From assembly GCA_964353035.1 (NCBI GenBank), contig CAYGUR010000002.1, positions 1 to 48,433 of the forward strand: 48,433 nucleotides of DNA, written 5' to 3'. Below, piece after piece: positions 19,701 through 28,343 of this stretch. Position numbers and translations under genes: made by a program. Position 1 is the stretch's first letter; every line of letters starts with the position of its first letter. The stretch is from an uncultured Comamonadaceae bacterium. Lineage in GTDB: Bacteria; Bacteroidota; Bacteroidia; Flavobacteriales_D; Sanyastnellaceae. The notes under the pieces are model-generated. The model was not told the origin of the DNA and ran no database searches. It saw nothing but the letters and a program-made list of their open reading frames with translations.

Positions 19701-20040
19701 TGGCTTCTGGTCCATTCTGAAGTAAGTTGTTGTCGAAGACGAGTCCGACATTTGGCACTGCTGCACTCCCCAGAACGAAAAACCCTTCGTCGTTAAGCGC
19801 ATAACCATCCAAGTCCCACTGCAGGTAAACCTGGTCGTTTGACCCGTTGTAGCTCACAACCACTAATCCGTCTAGTGAAGCTCCTGGAGTTCCATACAGT
19901 TCAATGAACTCTTGGACATCTGTTCCTGGGTTGTCAACGTCTACTTCGTTGATTACCAAGTCAAAGTCAATGGTTCCATCTCCTTGAGCAAGGCTCAAAA
20001 GGGAACAAAAAAGAAGAAAAACAAAACCGAAGGTTCTCAT
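16771..20040 (-). CDS. Multidomain secreted protein: 2 lamin-tail (LTD) domains, 2 Cys-framed repeats, Calx-beta-like domain, OB-like module, PKD domain and T9SS type-A CTD
   Basis: 1089-aa ORF with signal peptide MRTFGFVFLLFCSLLSLAQG. LTD-like segments are LVINEVDVDNPGTDVQEFIELYG and LFFSEYVEGNSSNKALELYNPT. The Calx-beta-like segment is VGFATTTMNVNEG......VNYVGGTATLIDDF....L.F.EGE..QSFSF. The PKD-like segment is VTFTNLSEGATSYLWNFGNGVTSDEFEPTTVF....FTVTLTA. The type-A CTD is LNIYPVPANDLLHLQSG..ITHVAIYDLAGRKV. Confidence 0.8.
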   Translation of the reverse strand: MRTFGFVFLLFCSLLSLAQGDGTIDFDLVINEVDVDNPGTDVQEFIELYGTPGASLDGLVVVSYNGSNDQVYLQWDLDGYALNDEGFFVLGSAAVPNVGLVFDNNLLQNGPEAIAIYLGDATDFPTGTDLTFINLIDAMVYGTNDNDDAGLLTLLEPEQTQVDESANGNSGGESMARIPDGGTPLITETYVAQVPTPGYTNVLQCDGGTIEFAEGGTTEQACVDLNEAFLEFTANTTADPAEYLWVITNESNVIEATAVDPEYDFTGLDVGICRVWGLSYSGDLDETTLEPGQPLSGIVAGECAFPSSNFLTVEKITCLAPDCDGGTVSSDNGTAPVIVCLDSGNTAVTLDFATEAPDASYIYIITDENSQVIEYVNDIEYDFGGVEEATCFIYGYSYLGDLVTSTLEAGDPVNQVQATACGSLSSNAIEIEKVLCEGSASCSDLFFSEYVEGNSSNKALELYNPTPFDVDLSNYTIQTYNDGSAVAQNSLQLSGTLASGATYVIVNSTAVAPLLALADITSNVTLYNGNDATVLRNNGEIIDAIGIIGQDPGKSNPWEVSNGEGSLAEHTLVRQITVTEGNANWSVVAEQWDVYSVDTFDFLGEHSIIPCDYNEEPSVGFATTTMNVNEGNIVNVVVNVAFPIVASQVQVNYVGGTATLIDDFEDVFPVVLDFPEGEFASQSFSFLTVDDPDLEPGETIILELEALTDVTLLNTEMVVNILPSDQDIPLYSIEEVSGNTESFEADSLNVLCELRGIVHGLNTTPEGLQFTLIDATDGINIYNATNNFDYTVVEGDSIHVTGIIDQFNGLTQLVADTVYLISQDNELNEPELVGELDETTESQMVELKCVEIVDLSEWTNEGPGFTVTVTDGTSEFDLRIDADSDIFGTDAPVGVFSVSGIGGQFDSSSPYDDGYQLQPRYLDDISEPVTANFEAPSVIIIGENVTFTNLSEGATSYLWNFGNGVTSDEFEPTTVFNSVESFTVTLTAFNSTCNDQFTFEVDVNVGVDELELHTLNIYPVPANDLLHLQSGSTITHVAIYDLAGRKVQEQSLNGGKTAVTLDVQGLAAGSYVLTATFENGTKGMRFVKQ

Positions 20041-20168
20041 GTGTCAATTGTTTCTGAACATGCGAAGTTAGTTAGGTATTTCGACCTTCCGAATTAAGCT
20101 AGGGTTAAATCGACAAATAATTGCTCCTTTTTCTTTTTGAATTTGTAGTAAATTCCGATTTCAACCTT

Positions 20169-21920
20169 ATGAAAATGAAACGACTGCTATTTTTGGTTTT
20201 TACCCTAGCAAGCCTTGGTGCAACCAGCCAGTGTCCTGACTGCACGCCTGATGAAACCTGTGTGTCAGAGTCTAATTTCCCCACTATTTGTCCGGAAATT
20301 CTGCCGGATGCCACGGCAGGTGCATACTATGAAACCGTGATGACCTTTTTCCTTCCGGGCACCATCGTTGACCCAGATTCAGGAATTGAGGCCAGCTTGC
20401 TAGAAGTGGTAATCAACTCCGTGACAGGTATTCCATTCGGCGTTGCTTACGAAGCAAACAGTCCTGATAACACCTATTTCCCAAGTCAAGGACAGAATTA
20501 CGGCTGCGCTACAATTTGTGGAACCCCGCTTATCTCAGGGGAATACGAAGTAACGATAGGAGTAACGGTTGTCGTTTCTGCCCTTGGCTTCGAACAAACC
20601 GTGAATGAGTCCTTTTCCTTGCCACTCACCGTGCTGGCAGGCGAGGGCGGAAACACATCATTTGCCTATGATAACCTCTTTGGCTGCGGCGGCGTGGAAG
20701 CCACGTTTGAAGCACTTATTGATGGCAGTCCGGGCATTACCTCGTACAACTGGGACTTCGGCAACGGAAACACAGGAGACAGCATGAATCCTCCTGTTCA
20801 ATCCTACGACGAAGCGGGGGAGTATACCGTGACCCTAGAAACAACCATTGAAAACTACATGCTTCAGTCTGTTTCTATCAGCAGCTTGGCCTCTGGCTGG
20901 GCGGGCGATGTAGAAGAGTTAACAGCCTTGTTGTTCAGCCCTGATCCGTATTTCGTGATTGCTGACGGAAACGGAAATACGGTGTATACCTCCAGCGCTA
21001 TTACAGACGTGGAGTCAGGAAACTGGCCCAATGTCAACCTTCTTTTAGACAATCCTCCTTACACCATTTCTGTGTACGACCAAGACAATGGTGGTTTGTT
21101 TGGGTCAGCAGATGATTTTTTAGGGTCAACGGTATTTGATTTGGTTGATGGCGCCGTTGCTTTCAATGCCGGTGGATCCTTGGGTAGTCTATCTCAAACC
21201 CTAGAAATTAGCAATGTTTTTAACAACGAAGAAATCGTTACGGTCTTCCCTATTCCGTCTGCTGAATTTACCTACCTCGAGGTTGAAAACGTTCTCGATT
21301 ATGATGATCCCACACTTGACCTTTTTGTGTGGACTCTCAACGGTGACACCATCCAAAATGGGGCACAAGACTCCCTTGAACTAGTGAGCCCTGGCGTTTA
21401 CCAATGCGCTGTCACCAGTGTTTTCGGCTGCGAGGCGACAAGTGAAGAGTTTGTGCTTTGTCCGGATATAAGCCTAACGTACAACTCCATTAATGAAACG
21501 TTGCAAGTAGCTGGCGGCTATGAGTCCTACACCTGGTTTTTCAACGGCGCGGAAATCGACGGAGCGAGCGGTAACCTAATAGATGCTTCGGAACTAGGCA
21601 CCTATTCTGTGACCATCACAACAACGTATGGCTGTGAGGTCACTTCTGAGGAATTTACCGTCACTGTTGGTGTTGAAGAGAACGCTGATCTGACATTGAA
21701 CGCCTGGCCTAATCCGTGCGATGGTTGGTTAAACCTTGAACTGCCAATGGGTGTTTGGTTCATGAGTTTAACAGATGTTTCCGGTAAACAAGTTTATCAA
21801 GAGCAATTGATGGGTGGAATTTCCCGTTTAGATTTAAATCTTTTGCCAAACGGTATTTACGTGCTAAGCGCTGAAAACCAAACAAGTAGGGTTGAGTCTC
21901 GGATTGTTCTTGCGCGTTAA
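20169..21920 (+). CDS. Secreted PKD-domain protein with T9SS type-A C-terminal sorting domain
   Basis: The start is taken at MKMKRLLFLVFTLASLGATSQ; the tracked ORF begins at 20121. The PKD-like segment is ITSYNWDFGNGNTGDSMNPPVQSYDEAGEYTVTLETT. The type-A CTD is LNAWPNPCDGWLNLELP....MSLTDVSGKQVY...LPNGIYVLS. Confidence 0.8.
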   Translation: MKMKRLLFLVFTLASLGATSQCPDCTPDETCVSESNFPTICPEILPDATAGAYYETVMTFFLPGTIVDPDSGIEASLLEVVINSVTGIPFGVAYEANSPDNTYFPSQGQNYGCATICGTPLISGEYEVTIGVTVVVSALGFEQTVNESFSLPLTVLAGEGGNTSFAYDNLFGCGGVEATFEALIDGSPGITSYNWDFGNGNTGDSMNPPVQSYDEAGEYTVTLETTIENYMLQSVSISSLASGWAGDVEELTALLFSPDPYFVIADGNGNTVYTSSAITDVESGNWPNVNLLLDNPPYTISVYDQDNGGLFGSADDFLGSTVFDLVDGAVAFNAGGSLGSLSQTLEISNVFNNEEIVTVFPIPSAEFTYLEVENVLDYDDPTLDLFVWTLNGDTIQNGAQDSLELVSPGVYQCAVTSVFGCEATSEEFVLCPDISLTYNSINETLQVAGGYESYTWFFNGAEIDGASGNLIDASELGTYSVTITTTYGCEVTSEEFTVTVGVEENADLTLNAWPNPCDGWLNLELPMGVWFMSLTDVSGKQVYQEQLMGGISRLDLNLLPNGIYVLSAENQTSRVESRIVLAR

Positions 21921-22024
21921 ATTTTCGTAAATACTTGAGGTTCATACTTTCGTGGGAACATCTCGCGTAGTAAATGCGTATTTTTAACGTGGAGAAACGT
22001 GTCTCTAACTGGTGAAAACGAAAA

Positions 22025-25000
22025 ATGGGAAAGCAGAATCACTCATCATTGCTCAACAAGCTTGATGATTTCATTCGAAAGTATTACAAGAATCGCATCC
22101 TAAGAGGGGTTATTTACAGCGTTGGAATCATCTTGGCTTTTTATTTAGCTATCACGCTGCTTGAAGCAGTGGGTAAATTTGGTTCTTCAACGCGCACAGT
22201 TCTTTTTTGGGCATTCGCTTTAACGAGCATCAGTGTGTTTGCATGGTACATCATTGTGCCCACGCTCAAACTGTTCCGTTTAGGGAAAACCCTGTCTTAC
22301 AAAGAAGCTTCGTTAATTGTTGGAAATCACTTTCCAGAAGTCAAAGACAAACTGCTAAATACCCTGCAATTGCAAGAAAGTCATGGGGTAATCAATTCTG
22401 ACAGCCTTTTGGCCGCAAGCATTGAACAACGCACAAGTGAGCTTTCACCAGTTCCATTCACCTCTGCCATTGATTTAGGTGAAAACACGAAGTACCTCAA
22501 GTATGCACTGCCACCATTGGCCGTGATTCTCATCTTGCTGTTCGCGGCGCCGAGCCTGTTAAAAGACTCCACTGATCGACTGATTCGTTTCAACGAAGAA
22601 ATTGTGCCTGTAGCACCGTTCTCATTGATGCTTTCGAATAATGCTTTGGAGGTTCCTGAACGCGAAGATTTTGAATTGCTCGTTGCTGCTGAGGGCGAAG
22701 AGATCCCAGACAAAGTTTACATTGAGCTGAACGGCAATCGGTTTAAAATGACGAACGAAGGCAAAACATCGTTCAACTACTTGTTCCGAAATGTAGATGC
22801 CAATCAAGAGTTCCGGCTGTATGCCAACGGTTTTTATTTTGGTCCGTACAGCCTTGAAATGCTCGCCAAGCCTGTGCTTGTGAATTTTGAAGTGGCATTG
22901 AACTACCCTTCATACACCGGATTAAAAGATGAAACCCTTCGCAATGCTGGGGACTTTACAGTGCCTGCGGGAACGGAGGTTTCGTGGAATTTCAATACCA
23001 AAAATGCGGAAGCACTTCGATTGAGATTGGGAGACAGCGTGTTAACATTGGTCCCGTCAGGAGCGAATCGGTTTAGCTCGTCTACCAGAGCCCTTCGTGG
23101 AACAAGCTATTCCCTCATGCCTATGAACGACCGCGTGTCCAGCTCAGACAGCATGAACTACCGCTTGAACGTGACTCCAGACCGCTATCCTTCGATCCAA
23201 ATTGAAGAGCAAAAAGACAGCGTGCTTTCTAAAAATGTGTTCTTCACAGGAGAAGTGCAGGACGATTACGGGTTTAAGCGATTGAGCTTCAACTACACCT
23301 TCACGAAAAGTGAAAATACTGCACGTCAACTGAATGAAAAACAAACCATTAACCTGCCTGTTCCCAATGCTACGGCTGACCGTTTCTTTTACCACTGGGC
23401 GCTTGAAGAAATTGGCATTCAAGCAGGAGAGGAGCTCAGCTACTACTTCGAGGTTTTTGACAATGACGGCGTAAGTGGCTCAAAATCAACCAGAACGTTA
23501 GAGCGGATTTATGCCGCGCCAACCTTGGACGAAGTGCGCGAAGACCGTGATCAAGAAAATGAAGACATCAAAGACAAGCTCAAAGAAAGCTTAGAAGATG
23601 CGCGTGATTTGCAAAAAGAACTGGAAGAGCTACGCAAAGATTTGCTCCAAAAAGAAGAGGTTGGTTGGCAAGAAAAACAAAAGCTAGAAGACCTTCTGAA
23701 CAAACAAAAGCAACTTCAAGAGCAGATCGAAGAGGTACAGCAGCAAAATGAAGACAAGAACAACCGTCAGCAGGAGTTTGAGCAGCAGAACGAATCTATT
23801 CAGGAGAAGCAAAAAGAGCTTCAAAAATTGATGGACGAAGTGATGAATGATGAGCTGAAGAAGCTTTACGAAGACATTCAGAAGTTGATGGAGGAGATGG
23901 ACAAAGACAAGCTTCAGGAGTCTGTTGAACAAATGGAGATGTCTCAAGAAGACCTTGAAAAAGAGCTTGACCGTGCTTTGGAGCAGTTCAAACAACTTGA
24001 GTTTGAGCAGAAAATGGAGGAGACCATTGATGACCTCAAAAAACTAGCGGAGGAGCAAGAAAAGCTTGCTGAGGAAAGCAAAAAAGAAGACGCCAACTCG
24101 GAAGAGCTTGAGAAAGAGCAGGAGAAACTGAACGAAAAATTCGAGGAGCTTCAGAAGGAAATGGAAGAGCTCGAAAAGATGAACGAAGAGCTAGAAGACA
24201 AGCAGAACCTTCCTGATACCCAAGACCAAGAAGAGAAGATCAAAGAGGAGATGAAAGATTCTCAAGAGTCTTTGCAAAAGAAGAAGAGCAAAAAAGCTTC
24301 TGAATCGCAACAAAACGCGGCAGACGAGATGGAACAAATGGCTCAGCAAATGGAAGAGTCCATGGCACAGAATGAGGAAGAAAGCGCCGAAGAAGACATG
24401 GAGGCACTTCGTGCATTGCTTGAGAACATTATTACCTTGTCTTTCGACCAAGAGCAGCTTATGGCCAACTTCAAGACCATTGAGGAAGATGATCCGAAAT
24501 ATGTTGCTTACGGTCAGGTGCAGCACAAATTGAAAGATGATGCTAAGATGGTTGAAGACTCACTATTCGCTTTAAGTAAACGAGTGGTTCAAATTGAGGC
24601 CATCGTGAATAGAGAGATTAACCTTGTGAATGAGCACATGTCTGATGCCATTGATGAGATTGGAGAACGAAAGACGGCAGAAGTTACTAGAAATCAACAG
24701 TATGTGATGACCTCGTTCAACAACTTGGCCTTGCTGCTAGATGAAGCCCTGCAACAGATGCAGAGTCAAATGGCGTGCAAAAAGCCGGGAACAGGGAATT
24801 GTGAAAAACCAGGAGGACAGGGAGCACCGAAACCTTCCAACAAGGCTTCTGACCTCAAGAAAATGCAAGAAGCATTGAGCAAACAGCTCGAAGAGATGAA
24901 AGATTCCATGGGCAAAAGCGGAAAAGCCGGTGAAGGCGAAGGAAAAAACGGAAAGCAAGGAATGAGCAAGGAACTGGCTGAAATGGCTGCTAAACAGGCC

Positions 25001-25387
25001 GCTATCAGACAGATGATGGACAAGATGGGCCAAGACTTGAATGAAGATGGTTCAGGCGCAGGAAACGGTATTAAACAAATTGCCAAAGAAATGGAACAAG
25101 TTGAGGAGGACATCGTTAACAAGAACATCACTCAAGAAACGCTAAAAAGACAAGAAGATATCCTTATTCGACTATTGGAAGCAGAAGAAGCTGAACGCAC
25201 ACGCGGACAAGAAGAGAAGCGGAAGTCTAAGTCTGGAAACCAAGAACTACGGGGTACTCCAGCGAATTTGGATGAGTATAGAAAGCAAAAAGAAAAGGAA
25301 ATAGAATTGTTACGAACAATGCCTCCTTCGCTAAAGCCGTATTATAAAGACAAGGTCAACGATTATTTTAATAATTTAGATCGCTAA
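22025..25387 (+). CDS. DUF4175-like membrane-anchored protein with a very long Glu/Lys-rich coiled-coil region
   Basis: 1120-aa ORF with two N-terminal TM helices (GVIYSVGIILAFYLAITLL and LFWAFALTSISVFAWYIIV). A central domain is followed by ~600 aa of E/K/Q-rich heptad-like sequence. The family name is from memory of this architecture. Confidence 0.6.
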   Translation: MGKQNHSSLLNKLDDFIRKYYKNRILRGVIYSVGIILAFYLAITLLEAVGKFGSSTRTVLFWAFALTSISVFAWYIIVPTLKLFRLGKTLSYKEASLIVGNHFPEVKDKLLNTLQLQESHGVINSDSLLAASIEQRTSELSPVPFTSAIDLGENTKYLKYALPPLAVILILLFAAPSLLKDSTDRLIRFNEEIVPVAPFSLMLSNNALEVPEREDFELLVAAEGEEIPDKVYIELNGNRFKMTNEGKTSFNYLFRNVDANQEFRLYANGFYFGPYSLEMLAKPVLVNFEVALNYPSYTGLKDETLRNAGDFTVPAGTEVSWNFNTKNAEALRLRLGDSVLTLVPSGANRFSSSTRALRGTSYSLMPMNDRVSSSDSMNYRLNVTPDRYPSIQIEEQKDSVLSKNVFFTGEVQDDYGFKRLSFNYTFTKSENTARQLNEKQTINLPVPNATADRFFYHWALEEIGIQAGEELSYYFEVFDNDGVSGSKSTRTLERIYAAPTLDEVREDRDQENEDIKDKLKESLEDARDLQKELEELRKDLLQKEEVGWQEKQKLEDLLNKQKQLQEQIEEVQQQNEDKNNRQQEFEQQNESIQEKQKELQKLMDEVMNDELKKLYEDIQKLMEEMDKDKLQESVEQMEMSQEDLEKELDRALEQFKQLEFEQKMEETIDDLKKLAEEQEKLAEESKKEDANSEELEKEQEKLNEKFEELQKEMEELEKMNEELEDKQNLPDTQDQEEKIKEEMKDSQESLQKKKSKKASESQQNAADEMEQMAQQMEESMAQNEEESAEEDMEALRALLENIITLSFDQEQLMANFKTIEEDDPKYVAYGQVQHKLKDDAKMVEDSLFALSKRVVQIEAIVNREINLVNEHMSDAIDEIGERKTAEVTRNQQYVMTSFNNLALLLDEALQQMQSQMACKKPGTGNCEKPGGQGAPKPSNKASDLKKMQEALSKQLEEMKDSMGKSGKAGEGEGKNGKQGMSKELAEMAAKQAAIRQMMDKMGQDLNEDGSGAGNGIKQIAKEMEQVEEDIVNKNITQETLKRQEDILIRLLEAEEAERTRGQEEKRKSKSGNQELRGTPANLDEYRKQKEKEIELLRTMPPSLKPYYKDKVNDYFNNLDR

Positions 25388-25401
25388 ATCCACCACCGGA
25401 C

Positions 25402-25815
25402 ATGATCATGCCTGAAACGGGTAAAGAAATAACATTCACTTCGCTTACTGAGAACATCGCAGTAGTTGAGAAGTTGATTGACGAAATTTGCGAGGCAAGG
25501 GACGTCAAGGAAGACCACTATGGGAATATTTTAATTTCTCTAACAGAGGCTGTCAATAACGCCATTGTGCATGGGAACAAACTAGACGCATCCAAACAGG
25601 TGCGTGTGGCCTATGAAATTGATGGGAAGATTCTTCGTTTTTACATTGAAGACGAAGGTCCTGGTTTTGACTATGATAACCTCCCTGACCCTACGTCGCC
25701 AGAGAACAGAGAAAAACCCAACGGACGAGGCGTATTCCTCATGCGAAACCTTGCAGACAACTGTGAGTTTTTGGACGATGGTAAGCTTGTTCAACTTGAA
25801 TTTGAAGCCCTGTAA
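25402..25815 (+). CDS. HATPase-fold anti-sigma-factor-type Ser/Thr kinase (RsbW/SpoIIAB-like)
   Basis: 137-aa ORF with N-box EAVNNAIVHGN, G1 box DEGPGFD and G2-like GRGVFLM. Confidence 0.75.
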   Translation: MIMPETGKEITFTSLTENIAVVEKLIDEICEARDVKEDHYGNILISLTEAVNNAIVHGNKLDASKQVRVAYEIDGKILRFYIEDEGPGFDYDNLPDPTSPENREKPNGRGVFLMRNLADNCEFLDDGKLVQLEFEAL

Positions 25816-25816
25816 G

Positions 25817-26239
25817 GTGACCTCTATTCACTTCTTTCAGGAAGACACTACCTACATTGTAAAGCAGAAGAAACGCATCAAAGAATGGGTGCTTTCTTGT
25901 GTCAAATCTGAGGGGAAAGAACTCGGTGATTTGAACTACATCATCTGTTCTGATTCGTACCTCCGCGCCATCAACAAAGAACACCTGGATCACGATTACG
26001 AGACAGACATCGTCACCTTTGATTATTCAACTGGTGATGTTCTTTCGGGCGACCTCTTTATTAGCATTGACCGCATAAAAGACAACGCCTCCAACCTGGG
26101 GGTGAGCGTCATTGATGAACTTCACCGTGTACTCATTCATGGCGTGCTGCATCTTGCTGGCTACAAAGACAAACTTCCAGAAGAACAAGCTATTATGCGT
26201 TCTAAAGAAGATTACTGCTTAACTTTGCGCTCCTTTTAA
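25817..26239 (+). CDS. ybeY: rRNA maturation endoribonuclease YbeY
   Basis: Contains the zinc motif [11 protein letters not shown]. The start is taken at GTG 25817, one base after the upstream stop. The tracked ORF (25604..) extends back out of frame over the kinase gene, and that extension has no YbeY-like sequence. Confidence 0.88.
   Translation: MTSIHFFQEDTTYIVKQKKRIKEWVLSCVKSEGKELGDLNYIICSDSYLRAINKEHLDHDYETDIVTFDYSTGDVLSGDLFISIDRIKDNASNLGVSVIDELHRVLIHGVLHLAGYKDKLPEEQAIMRSKEDYCLTLRSF
26220..26227 (+). promoter_or_regulatory. Bacteroidota-type -7 promoter box (TAnnTTTG) inside the ybeY 3' end, candidate mnmG promoter
   Basis: Exact TAACTTTG sits 46 nt upstream of the mnmG ATG, with two palindromes between it and the start codon. 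This is a motif match only. Confidence 0.3.
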
Positions 26240-26248
26240 AAGGACCAT

Positions 26249-26264
26249 TGTTTCACGTGGAACA
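26249..26264. promoter_or_regulatory. CACGTG-centred 16-nt palindrome TGTTTCACGTGGAACA immediately upstream of mnmG
   Basis: Lies 10 nt after the ybeY stop and 10 nt before the mnmG ATG. It is 15/16 symmetric, and near-identical copies occur at 27719 and 28143. Confidence 0.6.
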
Positions 26265-26273
26265 CACCGTATT

Positions 26274-28142
26274 ATGATTCAAGATTACGACGTTATTGTT
26301 GTCGGAGGCGGACACGCTGGCAACGAAGCCGCTGCTGCAGCCGCCAATTTGGGCTCAAAAGTACTGATGATTACCATGAACATGGGTACCATCGGACAGA
26401 TGTCTTGCAATCCTGCTATGGGCGGAATTGCCAAGGGTCAGATCATTCGAGAGATTGATGCCATTGGTGGATATAGCGGACTGGTCTCTGATAAATCAGC
26501 CATTCAATTTCGCATGCTGAATCTTTCAAAAGGTCCAGCAATGTGGAGCCCAAGAACACAAAATGACCGACTATTATTTGCCACTGACTGGCGAAACAGG
26601 CTTGAACAAACTGCCAATGTGGACTTCTGGCAAGACATGGTTACTGGAATTATAGTTGAAAATGGCACTTGTGTTGGCGTAGAAACATCCATCGGAATTA
26701 AGATTAAAGCAAAGTCGGTTATACTGACCAACGGAACGTTTTTGAACGGTCTAATCCACCTCGGTGAAAAGAACTTTGGTGGCGGAAGAGCAGGGGAACG
26801 AGCAGCAACTGGAATCACCAAACAACTCGAAGATTTAGGCTTCCAAACAGGAAGAATGAAGACAGGAACACCTCCTCGTGTAGATGGAAGGTCACTGGAT
26901 TATTCTAAAATGGATGAGCAGCCAGGAGATGTCAATCCGCGTACATTTTCATACCTCCAACACCACCCAATTACCAAACAAAAGAGCTGCCACATTACGT
27001 ATACCAATCCGACAGTTCACGAAATCTTGCGCGAAGGCTTTGACCGCAGCCCGATGTTCAATGGAAGAATTCAAGGTTTAGGCCCACGTTATTGTCCGTC
27101 AATAGAAGACAAAATTGACCGTTTTGCAGATCGTGATCGCCATCAAATATTTGTAGAGCCTGAGGGCTGGGATACAGTAGAAATTTATGTGAACGGATTC
27201 TCAACGAGCTTACCTGAAGATATCCAGATCAAGGCCATGCAACAAATTCCTGGTTTTGAAAACGCCAAGATGTTCCGTCCGGGTTATGCCGTTGAATACG
27301 ACTATTTTCCACCTACCCAATTGCACCACACACTGGAAACGAAACTTGTTCCTAACCTGTACTTCGCAGGACAAATCAATGGAACAACAGGTTATGAAGA
27401 AGCTGCATGTCAAGGATTGATGGCTGGAATGAATGCACATTTCAAAACGAAAGAACAAGCGCCCTTCGTCCTAGAAAGATCAGAAGCATACATTGGCGTG
27501 CTGATAGACGATCTTGTTACGAAAGGCACTGATGAGCCTTACCGCATGTTTACCTCACGTGCTGAGTACCGTATTCTGTTGCGACAAGACAATGCTGATG
27601 AACGACTCACACCTCGCTCACATGCGCTTGGGTTGGCATCAGATGAACGCATGCGCGGAGTAGAAAACAAATTGAAGTCTGTGAAATCACTTCGTTCCTT
27701 CCTCACAAAAACAAGCGCTGTTCCACGTGAAATCAACCCAGTCTTAGCAGAAGTCAACAGTGCACCCATTACTCAGAAAGTAAAGCTCGACTCCCTTATT
27801 ACTCGACCGCACATGAATCTGGATCTTCTGAAAAAAGGATCAGCTTCGCTCACCGAACACCTTTCGAGCACACCTTATTCAGAAAGCGTATTGGAAGGTA
27901 CAGAGGTTCTTATGAAGTACGAAGGCTACATACAAAAGGAGCAGGAGATGGCCGAGAAGATGGCGCGATTGGAAAACATCACCATACCGACCGACCTCGA
28001 ATTCAATCGTCTTACGAGCATGAGCTCAGAGGCACGCATTAAACTCACAGAAGCAAAGCCCCGAACCATTGCACATGCTTCACGCATTTCAGGAGTTAGT
28101 CCGGCCGACATTTCTGTGCTTCTTGTATACCTTGGTAGATGA
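26274..28142 (+). CDS. mnmG: tRNA uridine-5-carboxymethylaminomethyl(34) synthesis enzyme MnmG (GidA)
   Basis: 622-aa ORF with FAD-binding N-terminus [16 protein letters not shown]. Conserved MnmG blocks run throughout ([47 protein letters not shown]). Confidence 0.97.
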   Translation: MIQDYDVIVVGGGHAGNEAAAAAANLGSKVLMITMNMGTIGQMSCNPAMGGIAKGQIIREIDAIGGYSGLVSDKSAIQFRMLNLSKGPAMWSPRTQNDRLLFATDWRNRLEQTANVDFWQDMVTGIIVENGTCVGVETSIGIKIKAKSVILTNGTFLNGLIHLGEKNFGGGRAGERAATGITKQLEDLGFQTGRMKTGTPPRVDGRSLDYSKMDEQPGDVNPRTFSYLQHHPITKQKSCHITYTNPTVHEILREGFDRSPMFNGRIQGLGPRYCPSIEDKIDRFADRDRHQIFVEPEGWDTVEIYVNGFSTSLPEDIQIKAMQQIPGFENAKMFRPGYAVEYDYFPPTQLHHTLETKLVPNLYFAGQINGTTGYEEAACQGLMAGMNAHFKTKEQAPFVLERSEAYIGVLIDDLVTKGTDEPYRMFTSRAEYRILLRQDNADERLTPRSHALGLASDERMRGVENKLKSVKSLRSFLTKTSAVPREINPVLAEVNSAPITQKVKLDSLITRPHMNLDLLKKGSASLTEHLSSTPYSESVLEGTEVLMKYEGYIQKEQEMAEKMARLENITIPTDLEFNRLTSMSSEARIKLTEAKPRTIAHASRISGVSPADISVLLVYLGR

Positions 28143-28158
28143 TGTTCCACGTGGAACA
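28143..28158. promoter_or_regulatory. Perfect 16-nt palindrome TGTTCCACGTGGAACA abutting the mnmG stop codon
   Basis: Starts at the base after TGA (28140-28142). It could fold as a 6-bp stem with an ACGT loop, but no U tract follows. Confidence 0.6.
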
Positions 28159-28317
28159 CAGAATAAACGCATTTCCGCCTTATAAATACAATTAACCCTT
28201 TCTGCGCACCCCAGCTATTCAAACTGCGAGAACGTTTAAAAACGGGCGGTTTCTAGCGATTTTATATTCCGTTGATTTTCAGCGTTTTAGGTATTTTCCT
28301 TCTGATTGGCTTTTGCT

Positions 28318-28325
28318 TACCTTTG
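28318..28325 (+). promoter_or_regulatory. Bacteroidota-type -7 promoter box (TAnnTTTG), candidate promoter of the aldehyde dehydrogenase gene
   Basis: Exact TACCTTTG sits 18 nt upstream of the ATG at 28344, which supports the shorter start. This is a motif match only. Confidence 0.4.
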
Positions 28326-28343
28326 CACAACCAAAAATCGCGC

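Noticed and set aside
23684-25131. Leu/Phe-rich minus-strand ORFs (23684..23995, 24191..24526, 24737..25033, 24766..25131)
   Set aside because: They are the reverse complement of the GAA/AAG-rich coiled-coil coding region of the DUF4175-like gene, so they are a compositional artefact.
25604-25816. N-terminal 71 codons of the tracked ybeY ORF
   Set aside because: This part overlaps the RsbW-like kinase gene out of frame and has no YbeY similarity. GTG 25817, directly after the kinase stop, gives a normal-length (140-aa) YbeY.
28272-28343. Upstream extension of the aldehyde dehydrogenase ORF (a hydrophobic 'signal-like' 24 aa)
   Set aside because: It contains an exact -7 promoter box (28318-28325). 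ALDH7-type enzymes are cytoplasmic, and METATQ at 28344 aligns with a normal N-terminus.
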